NCBI GenBank assembly: GCA_028700905.1
Contig: JAQVRT010000040.1
Location: 1 to 6,116, forward strand
Direction of reading: 5' to 3'
DNA length: 6,116 nt
DNA from: Candidatus Iainarchaeum sp.
Lineage (GTDB): Archaea > Iainarchaeota > Iainarchaeia > Iainarchaeales > CSSED10-239
This document shows, piece by piece, positions 1 to 4,376 of this stretch (position 1 is the stretch's first letter; every line of letters starts with the position of its first letter). The notes under the pieces are model-generated. The model made no database searches. It was not told the DNA's origin and saw only the letters and a list, made by a program, of their open reading frames with translations. Made by a program: the position numbers and the translations under genes.

Positions 1-678
1 CACATAAAAGTAGTCCTTAATAAAGCAAAAGAACATCATGGAACCTTTAGAACACAAGATTTAGAGTGGATAGGTGGAGAAAATAGAAAAGAAACAATTA
101 TCCAGGAAAACGGATGTTATTTAAAAACAGATGTTGAGAAAGTATTTTATTCAACAAGACTTGCAACAGAAAGAAAAAGAATAGCCTCTTTAGTCTTAGA
201 AAATGAAACAATAGGAGTTTTCTTTGCAGGAGTTGGTCCTTTTTCAATAGCAATTGCAAAACTTGCAAAACCAAAAGAAATTATTTCCATTGAACTTAAC
301 CCTATTGGTGTTAAATATATGGAAGAAAATATTTTAAAAAATCAAATGGAAAAAATAATAACACCAATAGAAGGAGATGTTAAAGAAATATCTAAAAGAT
401 ATCCAAACTATTTTGATAGAATACCAATGCCACTTCCAAAATCTGCAGAAAATTTTTTAGATGATGCAATTTTTTCAATAAAAGATCAAGGAATAATACA
501 CATTTATAATTTTGTATCTAAAAATGAACCATTTAAAGAAATTGAAAAAATAATAAAAGAAAAAGAAAAAAAGAATAATTGTAAGATAGAAATAATATTT
601 AAGAAAGTTATTAGAAGTTTTTCTCAAACCACTGTACAGATTGTAATGGATTTAAAAATATCTAAAGATCTTTCTTAA
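1..678 (+). CDS. trm5: tRNA (guanine37-N1)-methyltransferase Trm5 / Taw2 family (Met-10+ class I SAM methyltransferase), 5'-truncated by the window edge
   Basis: Frame 1 is open from base 1 to the TAA at 676-678, so the ORF-track ATG at 319 is internal. Translating 1-318 gives ...KVFYSTRLATERKRI..., then IGVFFAGVGPFSIAIAK (SAM motif I). ISIELNP, GDVKEI and DRIPMPLPKSAENFL (NLP-type catalytic loop) follow, in the canonical Trm5/TYW2 order. Trm5 and Taw2 cannot be separated by eye. Confidence 0.85.
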   Translation, partial: HIKVVLNKAKEHHGTFRTQDLEWIGGENRKETIIQENGCYLKTDVEKVFYSTRLATERKRIASLVLENETIGVFFAGVGPFSIAIAKLAKPKEIISIELNPIGVKYMEENILKNQMEKIITPIEGDVKEISKRYPNYFDRIPMPLPKSAENFLDDAIFSIKDQGIIHIYNFVSKNEPFKEIEKIIKEKEKKNNCKIEIIFKKVIRSFSQTTVQIVMDLKISKDLS

Positions 679-3031
679 GTTTAGGTTTCTTTTTAGAAGT
701 TTTAGATTTAGAAACTTCTTTTGGTTTTACTTCTTCTTTTTTCTTTGAAGGTTTAATTTTTGAAACTATTTTTTTAACACTTTTAATAGAATCACTTTTT
801 TCATTTTCAGAAAGAAGTTTCTTTCTTTTCTCAAGTTCAATTATTTGTTTATCAATAATTTTCTTTTCAAACTCAACTGAAGAAGTATCATAAACCATTT
901 TAGATTTAGAATCCTTTAAAACATCTTTATTTTTTATTCTTTCAAGCTCTAAAAGATATTTATCTCTCATTTCTTTATAAGTGAAAGGACTTATTTTTCC
1001 TTCAATTAATTTTTCATCTAAATAACCTATTTGTTTAATTATTCCTTCCTTTGAATGATGTTTTTTAAATCTTTCAACTTCAAAGACAATTGTTAAAACC
1101 ATTAAAAACAAAGCTGCAACAAATAAATAAAGATAAACATCTTTCTTCTCTTTTGAATAAATATAGATGTTTTGAGAAGAAGTTTCTTTTTCTTTACTTA
1201 CATTTTCATCTTCATCAGAAACAATAATTACAGAGCCTTGATTTGAAGAACTAATATCAATGACTAAAGTTTCAAGATCTGTATTTAAATAATAATCAAG
1301 AACTATTATTTCTGTTTCATAAAGATAATGTGCAAAATTAAGTATAGAGTTTGCAACATTTAATTGAGATTTTGCTTTTTCTTCATCTTTATTTTTATAG
1401 AAATCATGAGCATTTTTATAATAAATACCATGATCTAAGAAAGTTTTAGACCAAACATAATTTTCATTATTCATTGCACTTTGATTTCTTAAATCTTTAG
1501 TTAATTGATCATATTTAATATTAAAATCATTTAATGTAAAATTATTTTTACTGTCTTCTTGTGTTTTTATAACAGCTAAAGCAGTTGCTGAATCATAAAG
1601 TGAAGTTACATACCATCCTCTTTGATAATTAATCTTTGCAGCATTAAGTCTTCTTTTTAAATCTTCAGTATCTGCTATGTTTGGAGCAACTAAAATTAAT
1701 TGATTTTCAACAGATATAATGCTTTCTTGTGCTTTTTCTTTAAAAAAGTTAGATTCTACAAACTTTAAATCATTATTTGTTGTAATTGATGCATCTAAAA
1801 AATCATTTGCAATTTCTGTCCATGCTAAAGCATAAGCATATTCTTGTATTTTTGAAAAATTATTTATAGTTTGCTTTTCTTTTAAAGATTCAACTTTATC
1901 TCTTGCCCAAGTAATTCTTTGTCTTCCACCAACACACCATTCTAAATATTCAATTGAACAGTTGTTAGATCTATTTTCTGTTAAAGTTATTTTTTCATCA
2001 AGTTCAGAAACTCTAAGATCAAAAATAATTGAAGAATCTGCTAAAATTGATGGGTTTGTAATAATTTCTTCAACAGAGATTATATTAATATAAGCTAAAA
2101 AAGAATTATTTGCTGCTGAATAAAAATAATTATTTTCATAAAACTTTTTTGAATTTTCAACAAGTTCTTCAGAATAAGTAACTGTTGATAAAAGTGTATC
2201 TAGAACATCTAAATCTTTTATGTTAGAGGAAGATATTTTAGAATTAATTGAAGATAATTTTTCTTCAGTATTAAGAATATATTCTTCAGTTATTTTTTTT
2301 AAAGGCTCGACTGCTTTAGAATATTCAATTTTATTATAAACAAAATCATCTACTTTTTCTTCTTGAATAGAATTTACATCAATTGAAGAAACATCTCTAA
2401 AAGCATAATCTAGAACATCATCAATAGTTGATACTTCAATAATCTTTAAACCCCATTCATTATAAGCATGCTCAATTAAATCAACTTGTTTAATTTCATC
2501 ATCTTCATTAATCACTTGAGATCTATTTCCTTGAGGTATGAAAAATAAATCAATACCTATTTCAGAAGCTTTTTTTGCTTTATAATATATTCCACCAACA
2601 TCTCCAATATATCCGTCAATTGAAATTGAACCAGTCATACTTACATTTTCAGGAACAGGAGTATCTTTAAACATTGAAATTATTAAAAGAGCCATTGCAC
2701 CACCTGCAGATGGACCATCTATAGTGTGTGCATTTGAAGTAATATCAACTGTAAAATCATACTCTTGCTTAATATCTTCTTTTATAACTGAATCTGCAAC
2801 TGCAATTGCATTTTTAAAAGATTCTTGTGTTGAAGAACCTACTATTGATTCATCTATTGAAGAATATATTTTTCCAGTACCAGGTATAATTTTTACATTT
2901 AACTGTGCATCTTTTGCACTTGTTTCACCAGATACTGCAAAAATCTTCATATTAGCATCAGAAACTAATGCGAAAAGATTAGGCATTAAAAGTATTAAAA
3001 ATAATAATATTGCAATTGATTTAATTTTCAT
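662..3031 (-). CDS. Membrane-anchored, ATPase-less Lon-like S16 serine protease with a large extracytoplasmic domain and a basic cytoplasmic tail
   Basis: Complete 789-aa ORF (ATG 3029-3031, TAG 662-664). N-terminal hydrophobic signal/anchor is MKIKSIAILLFLILLMPNLFALVSDA. Lon proteolytic-domain motifs are TIDGPSAGGAMALL (catalytic Ser108) and DVGGIYYKAKKASEIGIDLFFIPQGN (Lys151, 43 residues after the Ser, the spacing I recall for E. coli Lon). No Walker A/B motif occurs anywhere. A second TM helix spans aa 632-651 and is followed by ERFKKHHSK (positive-inside). Confidence 0.85.
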   Translation of the reverse strand: MKIKSIAILLFLILLMPNLFALVSDANMKIFAVSGETSAKDAQLNVKIIPGTGKIYSSIDESIVGSSTQESFKNAIAVADSVIKEDIKQEYDFTVDITSNAHTIDGPSAGGAMALLIISMFKDTPVPENVSMTGSISIDGYIGDVGGIYYKAKKASEIGIDLFFIPQGNRSQVINEDDEIKQVDLIEHAYNEWGLKIIEVSTIDDVLDYAFRDVSSIDVNSIQEEKVDDFVYNKIEYSKAVEPLKKITEEYILNTEEKLSSINSKISSSNIKDLDVLDTLLSTVTYSEELVENSKKFYENNYFYSAANNSFLAYINIISVEEIITNPSILADSSIIFDLRVSELDEKITLTENRSNNCSIEYLEWCVGGRQRITWARDKVESLKEKQTINNFSKIQEYAYALAWTEIANDFLDASITTNNDLKFVESNFFKEKAQESIISVENQLILVAPNIADTEDLKRRLNAAKINYQRGWYVTSLYDSATALAVIKTQEDSKNNFTLNDFNIKYDQLTKDLRNQSAMNNENYVWSKTFLDHGIYYKNAHDFYKNKDEEKAKSQLNVANSILNFAHYLYETEIIVLDYYLNTDLETLVIDISSSNQGSVIIVSDEDENVSKEKETSSQNIYIYSKEKKDVYLYLFVAALFLMVLTIVFEVERFKKHHSKEGIIKQIGYLDEKLIEGKISPFTYKEMRDKYLLELERIKNKDVLKDSKSKMVYDTSSVEFEKKIIDKQIIELEKRKKLLSENEKSDSIKSVKKIVSKIKPSKKKEEVKPKEVSKSKTSKKKPKLKKDL
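695..722 (+). terminator. Possible trm5 terminator: 8-bp hairpin followed by a T-run, embedded in the convergent gene
   Basis: agaagttt (695-702) pairs perfectly with aaacttct (712-719) across a 9-nt loop, followed by T-run 719-722. A further oligo-T (tttcttttt, 686-694) lies 8 nt after the trm5 stop. The T-richness is partly forced by Lys (AAA/AAG) codons of the opposite-strand gene, so this may be incidental. Confidence 0.25.
935..1036 (-). other. SHOCT-like short helical motif in the cytoplasmic tail
   Basis: aa 666-699, KQIGYLDEKLIEGKISPFTYKEMRDKYLLELERI, resembles the SHOCT pattern (L..L...G.I+..eY...+..LL). The rest of the tail (aa 700-789) is Lys/Glu/Ser-rich and ends KKKPKLKKDL. This is motif-level resemblance only. 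Confidence 0.35.
1079..1138 (-). other. Transmembrane helix (aa 632-651, VYLYLFVAALFLMVLTIVFE) separating the ectodomain from the cytoplasmic tail
   Basis: About 20 consecutive hydrophobic residues. Acidic/polar sequence lies before them and the basic cluster RFKKHHSK after them. Confidence 0.75.
2396..2950 (-). other. Lon_C-type (S16) proteolytic domain with an intact Ser-Lys dyad
   Basis: Covers aa ~28-212 of the 789-aa ORF. The Ser108 codon is tct (revcomp of 2708-2710) inside GPSAG. The Lys151 codon is aaa (revcomp of 2579-2581) inside GGIYYKAKKA. Both were verified against the nucleotide sequence. Confidence 0.8.
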
Positions 3032-3039
3032 GTTTTCTT

Positions 3040-3045
3040 CCTCTC
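3040..3045 (-). promoter_or_regulatory. Shine-Dalgarno-like site for the Lon-like gene
   Basis: The minus strand reads ...TTTGAGAGGAAGAAAAC-ATG, with GAGAGG 8 nt upstream of the start codon. Confidence 0.5.
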
Positions 3046-3061
3046 AAATAAATAGTTTTCA

Positions 3062-3093
3062 ATATAATATATATCATATAATATTTATTTAAA
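3062..3093 (-). promoter_or_regulatory. Candidate archaeal TATA-box region in the only sizeable intergenic gap (3032-3095)
   Basis: The minus strand reads CCTTTAAATAAATATTATATGATATATATTATATTG. TTTAAATA (revcomp of ~3086-3093) would put a TSS about 30 nt upstream of the ATG. The background is very AT-rich, so specificity is low. Confidence 0.3.
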
Positions 3094-3095
3094 GG

Positions 3096-3560
3096 TTACT
3101 TTTTCTTGTTTTTGAAAAGAAGATTAAATTTTTTAGTTGTAGAAAGAATATTTTTCCTTCCTTTTTTTTCAATTGCAATTAAATCTAGTTCTTTAAGTAT
3201 TTTTAAGTCTTCAAAAGGTCTTTTCTTACTTATTTTTGATTGTTCAACAGGAGCATTTAAAGAAATAAAAGCTAAAGTTTTAAGTTCAGATTTTGAAAGA
3301 GTTGTTCCTGTTGCAAAAATATTAAAAGAATGGAATTCTGGTTTTACAACAATCTCTAATTTTTTATTATCTTTAATAATTGAAAGAGAAGTTTTTCTTT
3401 TATTATAATCATTAATTAAATCATCTATCTGAATATCAATTATTTTTTTATCAATATTTGGAAATGAAGAATAAATTTTTGAAATTAAAGTTGATTTTGG
3501 AGATAGAAACAAAATAGCTTCTATTGCTTGTTTTAAATAATCACTACTTGTTTGGTCCAT
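3096..3560 (-). CDS. scpB: ScpB-like segregation and condensation protein B (short form, two winged-helix domains)
   Basis: Complete 154-aa ORF. The N-terminus, LKQAIEAILFLSPKSTLISKI, matches the ScpB signature (EAlLFas.ePls). The second half, LSKSELKTLAFISLNAPVEQSKISKKR...LKELDLIAIEKKGRKNILSTTKKFNLLF, matches the second ScpB wHTH (Ls.aalEtLaiIAY.QPit..eI..iR ... L.e.glI...gr....y.tT..Fl..F). Confidence 0.7.
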   Translation of the reverse strand: MDQTSSDYLKQAIEAILFLSPKSTLISKIYSSFPNIDKKIIDIQIDDLINDYNKRKTSLSIIKDNKKLEIVVKPEFHSFNIFATGTTLSKSELKTLAFISLNAPVEQSKISKKRPFEDLKILKELDLIAIEKKGRKNILSTTKKFNLLFKNKKK

Positions 3561-3579
3561 TATAAATCACATGTTAAAA

Positions 3580-4353
3580 TTATTCATTTATTGCAACTAA
3601 TGTTTCATTTCTTTCAGGCATAGTATAAGTAAAAGTTTCTTGATTAGAAATTCTACTTGAAGTACTTCTCTCTACCCAATAAATATTATTATTAGATTCT
3701 ACTGATGAAATCATTTTTATAGAAACAATAACATTTTCTCCTGCTTGATATTCTCCATCTCCAGATAAAGTAGCTGAAACACCAGTTTCATTTTCTAAAG
3801 TTAAAGTATAAGTTTCTGGCTCAGAAGATTCTGATTGAAAAGTTGCAGTTACATTTCTTGCTTGAGTCATGGAAACTGTACAAGTAGATCGAGATCCTGA
3901 ACAAGCACCTGACCATTCTATAAAATCATAACCTGGTATTCGATTTATAATTAAAGTAACTGAAGTTCCTGAAGAATAATTTTGAGAACAATCAGCTCCA
4001 CAATTAATACCTGGAGGATTTGAAGTTACAGTTCCATTTCCAGAAACATTAACAGTTAATGTATAATTTTCAGGATCTGGTTCATCTGGTTCATCTGGTT
4101 CATCTGGATTAGGATCATCTCCTCCAGGATTAGGATTAATATTATCTATTTCTTCAACTTGAGAAGAATCATTTAAATCTTTAATAAAACCATCAACTGT
4201 TGAATCTATTCCTTCATTAATTTTATCTGATTGATTTACTTTCTCATTTGAAAAATTAATAAAGGTTGTAGCTAGAACAATTGTTCCTAAGACTAAAATA
4301 CCAACAATAATTACCATCTCTAAAGATACTTGAGCTTTTTTACTTTGAATCAT
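3580..4353 (-). CDS. Archaeal type IV pilin-like protein (class III signal peptide) fused to InlB B-repeat adhesin-type domains
   Basis: Complete 257-aa ORF. It starts MIQSKKA|QVSLEMVIIVGILVLGTIVLATTF: a short basic leader, Ala at -1, Gln +1, Ser +3, Glu +5, then a hydrophobic helix (DUF361/QxSxE-type prepilin signal). A Pro/Asp/Glu linker follows at aa 72-96. Next is a divergent InlB B-repeat (aa 97-172, GINCGADCS...[26 protein letters not shown]). Last is a classic Listeria-Bacteroides-type repeat (aa 181-255, YTLTL...FTYTMPERNETLVA). Confidence 0.8.
   Translation of the reverse strand: MIQSKKAQVSLEMVIIVGILVLGTIVLATTFINFSNEKVNQSDKINEGIDSTVDGFIKDLNDSSQVEEIDNINPNPGGDDPNPDEPDEPDEPDPENYTLTVNVSGNGTVTSNPPGINCGADCSQNYSSGTSVTLIINRIPGYDFIEWSGACSGSRSTCTVSMTQARNVTATFQSESSEPETYTLTLENETGVSATLSGDGEYQAGENVIVSIKMISSVESNNNIYWVERSTSSRISNQETFTYTMPERNETLVAINE
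3838..4057 (-). repeat. B-repeat cassette copy in the pilin-like gene, homologous at DNA level to 5811-6030
   Basis: Gap-free alignment at a constant offset of 1973 nt. A hand count gives 184/220 identical positions. Perfect blocks are 3838-3886 = 5811-5859 (49 nt) and 3951-3983 = 5924-5956 (33 nt). Confidence 0.9.
4075..4107 (-). repeat. Perfect 9-nt tandem repeat (atctggttc x3.7) encoding (PDE)n in the pilin-like linker
   Basis: Units lie at 4075-4083, 4084-4092 and 4093-4101, with a partial unit at 4102-4107. The minus-strand translation is PDEPDEPDEPD. Confidence 0.95.
4261..4353 (-). other. Class III (prepilin-type) signal peptide plus hydrophobic N-terminal helix; predicted cleavage between Ala7 and Gln8
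   Basis: KKA|QVSLE has a basic residue at -2, a small residue at -1 and Glu at +5, then about 22 hydrophobic residues. This is the pattern recognised by archaeal PibD/FlaK/EppA-type peptidases. Confidence 0.7.
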
Positions 4354-4376
4354 ATTTTAACCACATTTTTATAAAA

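Noticed and set aside
319-678. ATG at 319 as the start of the + strand gene (as listed in the ORF track)
   Set aside because: The same frame is open back to base 1, and the upstream translation contains the conserved Trm5 motifs (STRLATERKRI, FAGVGPFSI, ELNP). The gene is truncated by the window, not a 119-aa protein.
662-3031. Classical archaeal LonB (membrane-bound AAA+ Lon) annotation
   Set aside because: There is no Walker A/B or other AAA+ motif. PGTGKI at aa 50-55 does not fit GxxxxGK[ST]. The protease domain directly follows a signal/anchor sequence, so it is predicted to face outward.
2724-3092. 122-aa ORF on the + strand
   Set aside because: It lies entirely antisense to the 5' part of the Lon-like gene, whose frame carries clear conserved protease motifs. 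The product is hydrophobic, low-complexity and has no recognisable motif. It is a typical shadow ORF in AT-rich DNA.
3106-3408. 100-aa ORF on the + strand
   Set aside because: It is antisense to the ScpB-like gene, has no recognisable motifs or upstream signals, and is Phe/Leu/Ile/Ser-rich as expected for the complement of a Lys/Glu/Asn-rich coding strand.
4354-4376. TTTTATAAAAA upstream of the pilin-like gene as a TATA box or independent promoter
   Set aside because: It sits only ~12-23 nt from the ATG. That is too close for the usual -26/-27 TATA position, even for a leaderless transcript. Such A/T strings are expected by chance in this composition, so co-transcription with the upstream gene seems at least as likely.
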